64,000 nt of DNA, taken from positions 448,696 through 512,695 of the forward strand of contig CAWBPL010000002.1 in the NCBI GenBank assembly GCA_963790805.1, given 5' to 3'. The notes under the pieces are model-generated. The model saw only the letters and a program-made list of their open reading frames with translations, did not search any database and was not told where the DNA came from. Below are positions 10,450 through 20,970 of the stretch, piece by piece. Numbering within the stretch: position 1 is the first letter of the stretch; each line of letters opens with the position of its first letter. The DNA comes from Candidatus Gottesmanbacteria bacterium. Its GTDB lineage: Bacteria > Patescibacteriota > Microgenomatia > UBA10105 > UBA927. The position numbers and the translations under genes are program-made.

Positions 10450-10821
10450 ATGGATGACAGGATTACTTCGTTTACAAAACTCGACGCTTGGAGAGAAGGT
10501 CATATACTTGTTCTTCTTGTTTACAAATATACGAAATTGTTTCCCAAGGATGAGATATTCGGATTGATAAGCCAAATGAGAAGATGTTCTGTGTCAATTA
10601 CATCAAATATAGCAGAGGGATTTAGCCGGAATTCGTGGAAAGAAAAGCTGCAATTTTATTCTATGGCGCTTGGGTCTTTAACTGAATTGCAGAATCAGTT
10701 CATTATTTCTCGGGACGTTGGATATCTTACAACGGAGAAGTTTAAGGAAGCTGCGTGGCATACGATAAAGGTGAGTAAAATAGTTAACGGGTTAATAAAA
10801 AAATTTCGGAGTATGATTTAA
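10450..10821 (+). CDS. four-helix-bundle protein (23S rRNA intervening-sequence protein family)
   Basis: FTKLDAWREGHILVLLVYKYTKLFPKDEIFGLISQMRRCSVSITSNIAEGFSR...LGSLTELQNQ matches the family signature. Confidence 0.8.
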   Translation: MDDRITSFTKLDAWREGHILVLLVYKYTKLFPKDEIFGLISQMRRCSVSITSNIAEGFSRNSWKEKLQFYSMALGSLTELQNQFIISRDVGYLTTEKFKEAAWHTIKVSKIVNGLIKKFRSMI

Positions 10822-10894
10822 AGTATTTCCCTAATACCAAATACAGTTTCCCTGCTACGAAATAAGAGTGGTGTGCTACCATAGGATCACAAAT

Positions 10895-12220
10895 ATGCGT
10901 TTTATGAGGATTATGTTGTTTTTTTGCGTGGCGGTTTTAGCCCTCTGGCGCATCGTTCCGGATTACAAAAATCATCCGCTTTTCATTGATGAGCATGAAT
11001 TTATCAGAAAAACGTATTATTTTGACCTTCTGTTTCTCAAGCATTCTCTTGGCGACAAACGATGGTACGATGGAAAAGAAGACGACGTTGCCCAGCCGAA
11101 ACTCGGACCGTATATTTATGGATTCAGCCTTCATATTGCCGGCATCCGAGACATAGAATCGGCGCTTGCAAAAACGCGGTTTAATACGATAAAGATCAAC
11201 GGAAATGTGTGGTGGTCTGAGCTTTGGCTTAAAAATCCAGATACATTTCCCAAAGAGCTTGCTGAGAGCATGAAGCTTATTTTTATCGGGCGCCGCGTCG
11301 CGATGGGATTTACGGTGGGATCGGTCTTGCTTCTTTACATTCTTTGCGCCTTGGTTGGCTCCGTAGAATGTGCCTATGTGGTTTCGCTTCTTGTTCTTAT
11401 TAATCCTTTATGGAATTGGGAGGGCCGATTTGCCATGACCGATACGATGCAAATATTTTTCTTTATCTTAGGACTTATTATTCTGGTTTTCTGGCACAGG
11501 GCATGGCAAAAGAAAGAGACACGCATGATGTTTCTCCAAAGCGCGGCATTAGGAGTCGTTTGCGCTCTCGCCACAGGGGTGAAGGTGACGGGAATCATGT
11601 TGGTGTTTTTTATTCTTCTGTATCATGTGATTCTTTTTGTTTTCGATGCGTCCGAGAGAAGCCGCATACATGAATTATTGTGGAGCGCTTTTATCGTAGT
11701 CACTGTGTTTTGCGGGTTGTTTTATGCCATGAACCCGTTTTTGTATGCTCACCCCATTACCAATTTTATATACATGTTTCAGCATCGGCTTGAAGCGGCA
11801 AGAACGTATTACGTTAAACTGTACCCCGGAAGCGCCTTGAAAACGAGAAGTCAGGCACTATGGTTTATTCTGGTCCGAACGTTACTTCCCGGCGCATGGT
11901 ACGGAAATTTTTCAATGACCACACTCCCTGCGGACCTTTTGTTGTTTTTGGGCGGCATAACAATGCTTCTGCGTCGAAGTGTCCTTATGTTTCGGTCATC
12001 AAAAAGACTGCAACCGTTTGCAATATTACCTCTGTGGATCGGATTTGTCTTTTTTTGTTTATCGTTGTATTTGACGAACGACTGGTCGCGTTATTATCTT
12101 CCGTTTGTTTACAGCATTTGTATTGCGGAAGGATATATGATGTATGTTGTGATGATATCGGTGATCAATGCGATGATATCGGTATTTCAAAAGCCGGTGC
12201 CACCCCGCGAGGAACGGTAA
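10895..12220 (+). CDS. polytopic membrane glycosyltransferase (GT39/ArnT/PMT-like)
   Basis: About 10 predicted TM segments over ~440 aa with an extracytoplasmic loop after TM1. The family call rests on topology only. The start is ambiguous (10868 GTG or 10895 ATG). Confidence 0.4.
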   Translation: MRFMRIMLFFCVAVLALWRIVPDYKNHPLFIDEHEFIRKTYYFDLLFLKHSLGDKRWYDGKEDDVAQPKLGPYIYGFSLHIAGIRDIESALAKTRFNTIKINGNVWWSELWLKNPDTFPKELAESMKLIFIGRRVAMGFTVGSVLLLYILCALVGSVECAYVVSLLVLINPLWNWEGRFAMTDTMQIFFFILGLIILVFWHRAWQKKETRMMFLQSAALGVVCALATGVKVTGIMLVFFILLYHVILFVFDASERSRIHELLWSAFIVVTVFCGLFYAMNPFLYAHPITNFIYMFQHRLEAARTYYVKLYPGSALKTRSQALWFILVRTLLPGAWYGNFSMTTLPADLLLFLGGITMLLRRSVLMFRSSKRLQPFAILPLWIGFVFFCLSLYLTNDWSRYYLPFVYSICIAEGYMMYVVMISVINAMISVFQKPVPPREER

Positions 12221-12282
12221 ATACCGCGTTCTAACACTATTTGTGCGTAGACTTTTTATGAATAATCTTCTATACTACGCTT

Positions 12283-12420
12283 ATGCCAAAACGAGTATAT
12301 CAACCCAAAAAACTCAAACACAAACGCGTACACGGTTTTCGGGAGCGCATGAAAACAATAACCGGTAGAAGAGTGCTTAAGCGAAGACGTTCAATCGGTA
12401 GAGTTCGATTGACCGTCTAA
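12283..12420 (+). CDS. rpmH: 50S ribosomal protein L34
   Basis: Below the ORF-track size cut-off. Manual translation: [45 protein letters not shown] (45 aa), directly upstream of rnpA. Confidence 0.95.
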   Translation: MPKRVYQPKKLKHKRVHGFRERMKTITGRRVLKRRRSIGRVRLTV

Positions 12421-12429
12421 TTATCTATC

Positions 12430-12765
12430 ATGCTTTCGCGGCCACTTCGTATCCCCTCTTTCGAAATATCATCTGTTATCCGTGGCGGGCGAAGGATCAC
12501 GGCAGAGAAGTTTATATTGGTGACCAGAAAAAACACATCAGACATCAACCGGTTTGCTCTCATTGTTTCAACAAAGATTGACAAGCGCGCGACAAGAAGA
12601 AACAGAATAAAACGTATTATAAGCGAATCGCTTACCCATATCATTCCCCTACTTCACGGATCCGCCGATTGCATCGTTATCGCTCGCTCGGATACGAGTC
12701 TTCTTTCCCAACGCAGCGTCGAACCGATGATTCGCGAGCTATTCGCCAAGGCGCACATGATATGA
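12430..12765 (+). CDS. rnpA: ribonuclease P protein component
   Basis: [27 protein letters not shown] motif, and position between rpmH and yidD. Confidence 0.85.
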   Translation: MLSRPLRIPSFEISSVIRGGRRITAEKFILVTRKNTSDINRFALIVSTKIDKRATRRNRIKRIISESLTHIIPLLHGSADCIVIARSDTSLLSQRSVEPMIRELFAKAHMI

Positions 12766-12998
12766 AACGACTTATTTTAGCTTCTATTCGTTTTTATCAA
12801 CGGTATCTGTCACTTGATACCGGATGGGCAAAACACCTCTATATTACAGACAAAGTATGCCGGTTTAGCCCAACCTGCAGCGAATATACATATCAAGCAA
12901 TCGAGCGCTATGGTATAATCTATGGATCGTGGTTAGGACTTAAACGGATCGTACGGTGTCATCCATGGAATGAAGGCGGATACGACCCTATTCCATGA
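12762..12998 (+). CDS. yidD: membrane protein insertion efficiency factor YidD
   Basis: [17 protein letters not shown]...[19 protein letters not shown]...RCHPW. ATGA overlap with the rnpA stop. Confidence 0.9.
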   Translation: MKRLILASIRFYQRYLSLDTGWAKHLYITDKVCRFSPTCSEYTYQAIERYGIIYGSWLGLKRIVRCHPWNEGGYDPIP

Positions 12999-13054
12999 TT
13001 AACTCAAAGCACAAAGCTCTAAATTAGGATTATATTTACGATTTTAACGCTCTT

Positions 13055-13879
13055 ATGAATACTCCGAATCTTTGGAATCAAATATTGGTGTGGCCCATTG
13101 TGAATATTCTTATCGGTTTGTACAAAGGATTCACCGTGCTGCACGTTCCCGGTGCCTTGGGGTTTGCGGTTATCGGGCTTACCATCCTCATCCGTTTACT
13201 TCTCTACCCTCTCATGCAGGCGCAGCTTCGAAGTGCCAGAAAAATGGCAGCGCTCAAACCCCATCTCGATGAATTGAATGCAAAACATAAAAATGATAAA
13301 CAGGCGCTTCAGCAGGCGCAGCTCGCGCTTTACAAAGAGCACGGCGTCAACCCTGCAGCTGGGTGTCTCCCCCTTCTTATTCAGATGCCGGTACTTATCG
13401 CTTTGTACAGTGTGTTTTATCAGGTGCTCAATAACGGGAATCTGACGAAAGAGCTCGCGATTATCAATAAAGTCCTCTACAGTCCGGCGCTTAAAATTAC
13501 CACGCTCGACCTTTCGTTTTTTGGCGTGAATCTGGCCGTTAAACCGGCGTCTTGGCAAACGCACGGATGGTGGCTTTTGTCTATACCTGTTATTACTGCG
13601 GCGCTTCAGTGGTATCAAAGCAAGCTGATGATGCCGCAGATGCCGCAAAAAATTGCCCCTCCAAAAGTCGAAAACAAGATCGTAAAAAAAGGTGAGGAAA
13701 AAAAGGAAGCAACGCCGGAAGATACGGCTATGGAAATGCAAAAACAGATGGCAATCATAATGCCTCTGATGTTTGGATGGTTTGCCCTGCAGTTCCCTGT
13801 CGGACTCGCGCTTTACTGGAATGTTTTTGGACTTTTTGGTATCATGCAACAACTTCGTATAAACGCAGAGAATAAATAA
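13055..13879 (+). CDS. yidC: membrane protein insertase YidC (short, Gram-positive-like form)
   Basis: LTILIRLLLYPL...KMAALKPHLDELNAKHKND...YKEHGVNPAAGCLPLLIQMPVLIALY are YidC/Oxa1 motifs. Confidence 0.9.
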   Translation: MNTPNLWNQILVWPIVNILIGLYKGFTVLHVPGALGFAVIGLTILIRLLLYPLMQAQLRSARKMAALKPHLDELNAKHKNDKQALQQAQLALYKEHGVNPAAGCLPLLIQMPVLIALYSVFYQVLNNGNLTKELAIINKVLYSPALKITTLDLSFFGVNLAVKPASWQTHGWWLLSIPVITAALQWYQSKLMMPQMPQKIAPPKVENKIVKKGEEKKEATPEDTAMEMQKQMAIIMPLMFGWFALQFPVGLALYWNVFGLFGIMQQLRINAENK

Positions 13880-13887
13880 AAAACAGT

Positions 13888-14340
13888 ATGGATCAACTCA
13901 AAACAGTTCAGGCAGTTACCGAGGATCTTCTTACCCGTTTGGGCATAACAGGAACCGTTTCTGTTGATGTTGATGAAACAGAAGCATTTCGGGTACACAT
14001 CGAAACAGAAGAAACAGGACTTCTTATCGGGTTTCATGGAAAGACGCTTGAGAGTTTGCAGATTATTTTAGGTCTTATCGTTTCTCATCAATTGGACGCG
14101 TGGGTGAAGGTCTATGTGAACGTCGGTGATTACCGCGAAAAGCGCGAGGAAGCGCTCATGCTTATGGCGCAGCGTGCCGCCGAACGGGCCATCACCATGG
14201 GAAGACCGGTGGAGCTTGCGAATTTATCCGCATCAGAGCGAAGGGTAATACATCTGACGTTAAGCGGGGACGAGCGGGTGGAAACCGAATCAATCGGCGA
14301 AGGGTCTCACCGCGTGCTTCTCGTGAAACCGAAAAGTTAA
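13888..14340 (+). CDS. jag: Jag/KhpB-type RNA-binding protein (KH + R3H domains)
   Basis: GLLIGFHGKTLESLQ (KH-like) and SASERRVIHLTL (R3H). Conserved position after yidC. Confidence 0.8.
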   Translation: MDQLKTVQAVTEDLLTRLGITGTVSVDVDETEAFRVHIETEETGLLIGFHGKTLESLQIILGLIVSHQLDAWVKVYVNVGDYREKREEALMLMAQRAAERAITMGRPVELANLSASERRVIHLTLSGDERVETESIGEGSHRVLLVKPKS

Positions 14341-14389
14341 CTTCGCTTCCCCGTTTGCATTTTATTCCTATTCCTGATACATAGACCTC

Positions 14390-15682
14390 ATGCGCGTATT
14401 TCGTCACCAGTATTTTTTTTATCTCACGCTTATGTTTCTTCCGACGCAACTGGGGTATCATCTGTGGCCACAGTGGGCGATGGTGTTGGGGCGTCGCGTG
14501 GATTATCTGTCCCCTACTCTATTTTTTACCGATATACTTATTGCCCTAACGCTTATCAGTTGGTTTATTGAATATTGTTTTGTTGGGCGGAAAACACTTA
14601 TTAAACCTCACGTCCCTTTCGTCGTTGCCATCGTTCTTTTCGCACTCGTGAATATTTGGTTTGCCGCCAGCAAGCCGGTAGCGATTTCTGGATGGATAAA
14701 AGCCGGTGAATTATTGCTATTCGGCTGGTATATATGGAAGACGCAAACAAATTTCAGCCGGCTTGTTCCGTGGCTATCCATCGGCATTCTGTATTCATCA
14801 ATCCTTGCGATCATTCAGTTTATTTTTCAGCGATCGGTGGGCGGGGTTCTTTGGTTTTTGGGAGAGCGGACATTTACGCTCGAAACGCCGGGGATAGCAA
14901 GAATTCCTTTGTGTGTTACGGGTATGAACAATTGTCCGCTTATCCTTCGCTCCTACGCCACGTTCCCCCACCCTAACGTGCTCGGAGGATTTTTAGCAGT
15001 AACTATTCCGCTCCTATTTCTTCCCTTCACAAAACAAAACAACCCGTATTCTCGGTTGTTTTACCTCACAACTATTCTATTGGGGATTATCGCTCTTGCG
15101 GTAACATTCAGCCGGAGCGCTTGGGTGATTGGTATCGTCGGATTCATTTTTGCGTTTGTTTGGACGAAACAATTAAGTACAAAACTGCATGCAAAAAAAA
15201 AGAAAAGCTTTCCGACCCCGCTTGTAATATCAATAAGTTTTTTAATGATTATTTGTTTTTTGCTGGTGTCCCAGATTCACGATACTGATGAATCCGTCGT
15301 TGTCCGGCAGCAACTCAACACATCGGCCATCCATTTATGGCGAGTATCCCCTATCGTTGGCATTGGTCTTGGAAACTTTCTCGTAAAACTACCGGAGGCA
15401 CTCCCCATTCGCTCGGTTTATTTTTTGCAACCCGTTCACAATATTTATCTCCTTCTTCTTTCGGAAACCGGAGTTGTCGGATTGGGTGTCTTTTTGGCGT
15501 GGTTCATTTGGATGGTTCGCCACGTTGATAAATGGAACATAAGTCAATGCACATTGTGTATATCTTTTTGTTTGCTTCTTCTATTGGGGTTTATTGATCA
15601 CTATTCCCTTACGCTTCAGCAGGGCAGGCTTCTTTTTGTACTCATGGCGGCACTCGCCTCAAATCCGCGCCTCGCATGGTAG
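14390..15682 (+). CDS. O-antigen ligase (Wzy_C) family membrane protein
   Basis: Polytopic, with the FSRSAWV motif typical of the O-antigen ligase family. Confidence 0.65.
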   Translation: MRVFRHQYFFYLTLMFLPTQLGYHLWPQWAMVLGRRVDYLSPTLFFTDILIALTLISWFIEYCFVGRKTLIKPHVPFVVAIVLFALVNIWFAASKPVAISGWIKAGELLLFGWYIWKTQTNFSRLVPWLSIGILYSSILAIIQFIFQRSVGGVLWFLGERTFTLETPGIARIPLCVTGMNNCPLILRSYATFPHPNVLGGFLAVTIPLLFLPFTKQNNPYSRLFYLTTILLGIIALAVTFSRSAWVIGIVGFIFAFVWTKQLSTKLHAKKKKSFPTPLVISISFLMIICFLLVSQIHDTDESVVVRQQLNTSAIHLWRVSPIVGIGLGNFLVKLPEALPIRSVYFLQPVHNIYLLLLSETGVVGLGVFLAWFIWMVRHVDKWNISQCTLCISFCLLLLLGFIDHYSLTLQQGRLLFVLMAALASNPRLAW

Positions 15683-16998
15683 GATCAAATATCCGTGATA
15701 CAATGGGAAACATGGAAACCCCGAATATCGTAAACCAGTCGCTTCATAAAAAACTTTTTTTTAATACATCGGCGCAAATTATCGCCCGGGCAATTAGCGC
15801 ATTAACGACATTTATCATGACGATTCTCATTGCCCGCCGATTTGGGGCAAACGGATTTGGTGATTTTGTCAAAATTACGACGTACGCCGCGTTTTTTTAT
15901 TTGCTTACGGATTTTGGATTTAATGCGATTTATTTACAACGCAGTCCCCCGCACGCGTCAAAAAACGGAACTGTTTCTGATCGATCATGGGAAGATTTAT
16001 TAACGCTTCGTATCGTTGTCAGCTGTGTTCTTGTTCTTTTGGCCAGTGCAATTCTTTACATTATTCCGCAAGGGACGAGTCAGGGATATACGGATTTCGT
16101 CCGTTTAGGAATTTTACTTTTTGCCCCCTCAATAATTTTTCAGGCGCTCATCACGACCGCAAACGGATTGTTTCAAAAATATTTGCGGTATGATTATGCA
16201 ACAATCGCAGTCGCGGTGGGTTCGTTTGTTTCATTGGTGTTGGTCGGCCTCGTAACGTTTAATATTATTTCTTCACAAAATATTATTTCCACCACAACAG
16301 CTCTTCTTGTCGGGGCAGCAGTAACCGCAGCAGTTTCTTTGTATTTGACCAGAAGACTTGAGCAAATGACGCATCCGCAAATCTCACTTACTCGTATGTG
16401 GTCTTTGTTTGCATCAAGTATTCCATTGGGATTAACACTTCTTTTTAATCTTGTGTATTTTCGGGTTGACAGCATTATTTTGACGCTTACACGATCAACG
16501 TCAGAAGTTGGTATTTATGGACTGTCGTATAAAGCGTTTGAACTGACACTCGTTTTACCGACCTTTTTTATGAATGCGCTCTATCCCGTTCTGTTAGGAA
16601 GCGATAATAAGAAATTTAAGTCACTTATCCGGCAATCGTCCGTGTTATTATTTGTTGGTTCGTTTGTCGTCATGGGGTGTCTTTGGCTCGCTGCCCCGAT
16701 TATTTCGCTGGTTCGCAGTGATTTTATTCCCGGAATACCGGCACTTCGCGTTCTTTCATACGGGCTTCCGTTTTTTTTCCTTTCAAGTCTCACGATGTGG
16801 ATACTTATTGCCCGCAAAAAACAGACCTTTCTTGCCGGCATTTATGCGTTGAGCATGGTGTTGAATATTGTTTTGGATGTCGTCTTTATCCCGACGCGCG
16901 GGTATATGGCTGCAGCATGGATTACTGTGGTATCTGAGGCGGTTGTATTATTTATGAGTGGAGGAGCAGCTCTTAAAGAGTTGTCAAAAAAAGAATGA
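15676..16998 (+). CDS. oligosaccharide flippase (Wzx / MOP superfamily)
   Basis: About 12-14 TM protein with N-terminus ...FFNTSAQIIARAISALTTFIMTILIARRFGANGFGDF, typical of polysaccharide biosynthesis flippases. Confidence 0.65.
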   Translation: MVGSNIRDTMGNMETPNIVNQSLHKKLFFNTSAQIIARAISALTTFIMTILIARRFGANGFGDFVKITTYAAFFYLLTDFGFNAIYLQRSPPHASKNGTVSDRSWEDLLTLRIVVSCVLVLLASAILYIIPQGTSQGYTDFVRLGILLFAPSIIFQALITTANGLFQKYLRYDYATIAVAVGSFVSLVLVGLVTFNIISSQNIISTTTALLVGAAVTAAVSLYLTRRLEQMTHPQISLTRMWSLFASSIPLGLTLLFNLVYFRVDSIILTLTRSTSEVGIYGLSYKAFELTLVLPTFFMNALYPVLLGSDNKKFKSLIRQSSVLLFVGSFVVMGCLWLAAPIISLVRSDFIPGIPALRVLSYGLPFFFLSSLTMWILIARKKQTFLAGIYALSMVLNIVLDVVFIPTRGYMAAAWITVVSEAVVLFMSGGAALKELSKKE

Positions 16999-17438
16999 AA
17001 CTACGAATTCACACCGATGGGGGCGCTCGAGGAAATCCGGGGTCCGCAGCGGTTGGTGTTGTTATTGAAGAAGTATCTGATGCGGGGGAAAGCACCATTG
17101 CGTCATTTGGAAAAACGATAGGGGAGACAACAAATAACGTCGCAGAGTACACCGCTGTCGTTGAAGCATTAACATGGGTGCGAGACCATTTGAGCAAACG
17201 AACAAACAATAAAAAGAATCAACCGATATTCATACAATTTTTATTGGATTCACTTTTGGTGGTCAACCAACTCAATGGAAAATTTAAAATTAAGGAACCG
17301 CATTTACGTGAGCTCTTAACGAAAGTTCGTATACTTGAACAGGAAATTGCCTGTACAGTGGAATATGGTTCCATACCCCGCGAACAAAATAGACGCGCTG
17401 ATTTGCTCGTGAATAAAGCACTCGATGAGCAACTGTAG
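16995..17438 (+). CDS. ribonuclease H (RNase HI-type)
   Basis: IHTDGGARGNPGSAAVGVVI, NNVAEYTAVVEAL and NRRADLLVNKA carry the DEDD-type catalytic motifs. ATGA overlap with the upstream gene. Confidence 0.8.
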   Translation: MKLRIHTDGGARGNPGSAAVGVVIEEVSDAGESTIASFGKTIGETTNNVAEYTAVVEALTWVRDHLSKRTNNKKNQPIFIQFLLDSLLVVNQLNGKFKIKEPHLRELLTKVRILEQEIACTVEYGSIPREQNRRADLLVNKALDEQL

Positions 17439-17567
17439 ATGTGTATTCGTCGTGTATAATCTCCTCATGTTGGGTGGCGTGTATAATACATGAATACTGT
17501 CAATAATTTTTAGTTGTTTTCGGGCAATCTATTTGCCATAATACGATAACGACAATGCCCGCATTGT

Positions 17568-20222
17568 ATGAACCCTGCCGATCTTCCATCATGGATTGAC
17601 GAAACCTCATCGCTTCCGATAGCGCGCATTGATGCGCAGGAGGAAGAATTTGTCGGACCCCTGCGGGAATACCTTGAAACCAACGGCTGTCAGGTGTTTA
17701 CCAACAAACCACTTGAACAATCCGTGGCATATCATATTGTTACCGGCGATGTCGGATATGTGAAATCTATTCTTTCAAAATCTTCAAATGTCGACATTCC
17801 GACACTCGCGATTATTCTTGGTTCTTCTTCTGATGACGTGCCAAACGATGTACTTGCGTCGTGTCGAATTGTTGTTGTTGATCCCGTTCATTTAACAAAT
17901 GTTGACGTTTCTGAAATATTTTCATTTTTCTTTGCGGGGAATGAAACCGTCCTTGATAAAAGACGAAACATACATGAGCCAGCTCCATATGGAGCGACTC
18001 CGGAATCTCGTCAATCATCAAATCAGCATGATCAACGGGCAGAAGTTTCTTTTGCTCCAATAGCTTCGGAAGCATCATTTCGTAAAGAAGTCACGAATCA
18101 ATCATTATTAGATGAAAAAGTATTGACTGATTCTGATCGGGCACGAATCGGCAACATCATATCGGATGTTTTTCAGGGAGATGAAAATAAGAAGCATGAA
18201 GATAAGGAGATGAAACAAAAACGACGAAGGAAAAGAAAAATGAAAATTGGTTTAGGGGTCATTCTCGGTTTTGTTTTTCTTGTATTTATTTTTCCCTTGA
18301 TTCTTTATGGAATAAGTATGACCGTTGCCACCGCCTCGTTTGTTTTTTGCGGGACTCAGTTAAAAAAAGGTAACATAACTGAGGCGCAACAAATAAACGG
18401 GATGGGGGAATATTGGTTACATCAAGCGCAATTTTCTTTTTTGTTTGTGGCAGCCCCATTTCGTCTAATGGGAATTGATCAAGTTGTCCGAGGACAAGAA
18501 CGACTTGTTTCATTGTTATCTGATGTATCGTCAGCATTTGATGATACACTCGCCATCGCAACGACAGGCAAAGATGTCGCAAATAAACTTCTTGCGAGTA
18601 ACGGGGGCACCGGCTCTACAGAGTCACCAGCGTCCGACGTCAATCAGTTGCACATACAGGTGATATCGGTTTTTGGAACGCTTGGATTAGCACAAGCAGA
18701 ATTAACGACTCTCCTGCGGGATCAGCCGTTTCCGTTTTCGATTCCGATTGTTTTAAAACTTGCGAGTCAGTCAGAAAATACATTAGAAACTCTGAGGGGT
18801 ATTCTTTCGTACGTTGATGAATTGTTAACGTTGTATCCGAGACTTGCAGGGTATAAAAACCCGGTAACATATTTGGTGTTATTACAAAATAGTGATGAAC
18901 TTCGCCCGACCGGAGGATTTATCGGAAGTGTCGGCACTGTCACATTTCAAGACGGAGTCGTTAACGATTTTTCCCTACAAGATGTTTATGCGCTTGACGG
19001 GCAGTTGAAGGGACATGTTGATCCGCCTGGTCCGTTAAAAGATCTGATGGGTACCGAACATTGGTATTTACGTGACAGCAACTGGGATCCGGATTATGAG
19101 AAAAGCGCAACACGCGCTGCGTGGTTTTATCAAAAAGAATCAGGGAATCAAGTTGATGGGGTAATCGCGATTAACGTACCTGTCGTTATCGATATATTGT
19201 CAGCGATAGGTCCGATTTACCTTCCTGATTATAACGATCGGATTTCCGCGGATAATTTTTTTGGCAAGTCGTTTTACTATACGCAAAATAATTTTTTTCC
19301 CGGCTCGACACAAAAAAGTGATTTTCTGGGTACGCTCTCACGAGCAATGCTTGCTAAGTTGACGCAGGAAAAAAGTGTCAGCCCTATTGAGGTTTTCCGC
19401 GCGATTGCGGCCGGACTTATGCGGAAAGACATACTGTTTATGTTTAACGATCCTGACACAGAACAGCTGGTCGAACATTTTGGATGGGGAGGTCAAATGT
19501 TTATGGAAACAGGTTGTGAGGGAGTGGACAAAGACTATTGTTCCTTTGATCCCTTAGCAGCAGTTGAAGCGAATGTCAGCGTCAGTAAAGTGAATTATTT
19601 TATCAAACATTCAGCTGTTCGGGATATCTCCATTGAACCGGACGGTACGCTAACTGAATCCCTTTCTTGTACACTTCGAAATACAGCGAACGTCTTGCCT
19701 GCAAGTCAGGTACGCGGAGTGGGTGGCGCCTATATATCCTATATCAGATTTTATATGTCAAATGATTCATCCGTTGACGACGTGACGCTTGACGGTCAGC
19801 CAATTCCAACACGGAATTCAAAGCAAAAAGGTCCACCGACTGTGCCTTATATAGAAAATACGGATTCTTCCGTGAATGCTCGTGCTATAGGGGTTGCCGT
19901 AAATATTCCAGCCGGAACCGAGCATACAATACGAGTGACGTTTAAGCGGGGGAGTAAGATATCATTCGGTAGAGGCGGATCTGTGTTGGACCTTTTGTAT
20001 TACAAGCATCCTGGAGTGAGCGATCAAACAATGAAGACGCTTATTCATTATCCTTTATATTGGACAGCGTCGGATGAAAGTAAGGATTTTGGGCGCGGGG
20101 TCATGTCTGCCGTTTCCTTGCAAGGTCAAACGGGCCAATCATTCCTTGCAAAAGAAGGTCAACTCGAGTACAATAACACAATCTTACAGGATCAAGTTAT
20201 TCGCGTTCGATTCGTACAATGA
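17568..20222 (+). CDS. DUF4012 domain membrane protein
   Basis: LLQNSDELRPTGGFIGSVG is the DUF4012 signature. Single TM after an N-terminal cytoplasmic region with a K/R-rich stretch. Confidence 0.65.
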   Translation: MNPADLPSWIDETSSLPIARIDAQEEEFVGPLREYLETNGCQVFTNKPLEQSVAYHIVTGDVGYVKSILSKSSNVDIPTLAIILGSSSDDVPNDVLASCRIVVVDPVHLTNVDVSEIFSFFFAGNETVLDKRRNIHEPAPYGATPESRQSSNQHDQRAEVSFAPIASEASFRKEVTNQSLLDEKVLTDSDRARIGNIISDVFQGDENKKHEDKEMKQKRRRKRKMKIGLGVILGFVFLVFIFPLILYGISMTVATASFVFCGTQLKKGNITEAQQINGMGEYWLHQAQFSFLFVAAPFRLMGIDQVVRGQERLVSLLSDVSSAFDDTLAIATTGKDVANKLLASNGGTGSTESPASDVNQLHIQVISVFGTLGLAQAELTTLLRDQPFPFSIPIVLKLASQSENTLETLRGILSYVDELLTLYPRLAGYKNPVTYLVLLQNSDELRPTGGFIGSVGTVTFQDGVVNDFSLQDVYALDGQLKGHVDPPGPLKDLMGTEHWYLRDSNWDPDYEKSATRAAWFYQKESGNQVDGVIAINVPVVIDILSAIGPIYLPDYNDRISADNFFGKSFYYTQNNFFPGSTQKSDFLGTLSRAMLAKLTQEKSVSPIEVFRAIAAGLMRKDILFMFNDPDTEQLVEHFGWGGQMFMETGCEGVDKDYCSFDPLAAVEANVSVSKVNYFIKHSAVRDISIEPDGTLTESLSCTLRNTANVLPASQVRGVGGAYISYIRFYMSNDSSVDDVTLDGQPIPTRNSKQKGPPTVPYIENTDSSVNARAIGVAVNIPAGTEHTIRVTFKRGSKISFGRGGSVLDLLYYKHPGVSDQTMKTLIHYPLYWTASDESKDFGRGVMSAVSLQGQTGQSFLAKEGQLEYNNTILQDQVIRVRFVQ

Positions 20223-20962
20223 AAAAATATTCTCTCAGCGCAGAACACAGAGACGTCGTTGGTAAAAAGGTTAAAAACCTTCGTAAAGAGGGCAAAATAC
20301 CAGCAACCATCTACGGAAAAACAGTAAAAAGCGTTTCTATTAGTGTGGCGGGTGATACATTTGATCAGATATACAAAAAAGCCGGAGAAACAGGACTGAT
20401 CGAGCTTCAAGTCGGCAAAGACATGCATCCGGTACTTATTCATTCACTTCAGGTAGATCCGGTTTCCAACAAACCGCTTCACGTAGAGTTTCATCAGGTT
20501 GATCTCAAGGAAAAGGTGCACGCAAAAGTGCCGATTGAGCTTGTGGGCGCGAGTCCCGCCGTTGCCCAAAAATTGGGCGTTCTTCTTACCATACTTGATG
20601 AAATTGAGGTTGAAGCGCTTCCGGCTGAGTTGCCGGAAAAGATCACGGTGGACATATCAAGTCTTGCAGAAGTTGATCAGGAGTTTAAAGTTAGCAACAT
20701 TAATCTCCCGACAGGTGTTACTCTGTTAACAGACAGCACGCTTACCGTTGTCAAAGTTGGGCCTCTGGTTACTAAAGAAGCAGAAGCGCTTGCAGCCGCA
20801 GAAGCAGCCGCAGCCGCAGAAGCAGCCGCAGCCGCAAGTGCTGCAGCAGCGCCCGCCGAGGGAGCTCCCGCGGTTACTCCAACTGAAGGACAGACGCCCC
20901 CAGTACCAGCAGAAGGCGCAAAGCCAGCCGCCGCTCCGACAGAAAAGAAGTCAACTTCCTAA
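20219..20962 (+). CDS. rplY: 50S ribosomal protein L25/Ctc with Ala/Pro-rich C-terminal tail
   Basis: GKKVKNLRKEGKIPATIYGK...HPVLIHSLQVDPVSNKPLHVEFHQV. C-terminal AAAEAAAAAEAAAAASAAAAPAEGAP... low-complexity extension. Confidence 0.9.
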   Translation: MKKYSLSAEHRDVVGKKVKNLRKEGKIPATIYGKTVKSVSISVAGDTFDQIYKKAGETGLIELQVGKDMHPVLIHSLQVDPVSNKPLHVEFHQVDLKEKVHAKVPIELVGASPAVAQKLGVLLTILDEIEVEALPAELPEKITVDISSLAEVDQEFKVSNINLPTGVTLLTDSTLTVVKVGPLVTKEAEALAAAEAAAAAEAAAAASAAAAPAEGAPAVTPTEGQTPPVPAEGAKPAAAPTEKKSTS

Positions 20963-20970
20963 AGTTTTGA

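Noticed and set aside
13196-13852. 218-aa minus-strand ORF
   Set aside because: It is antisense to yidC and has an Arg/Phe/Leu-rich shadow-frame composition.
20790-20870. GCAGCC/GCAGAA tandem trinucleotide repeats
   Set aside because: They simply encode the Ala-rich low-complexity tail of L25/Ctc and are in frame. They are not an independent repeat element.
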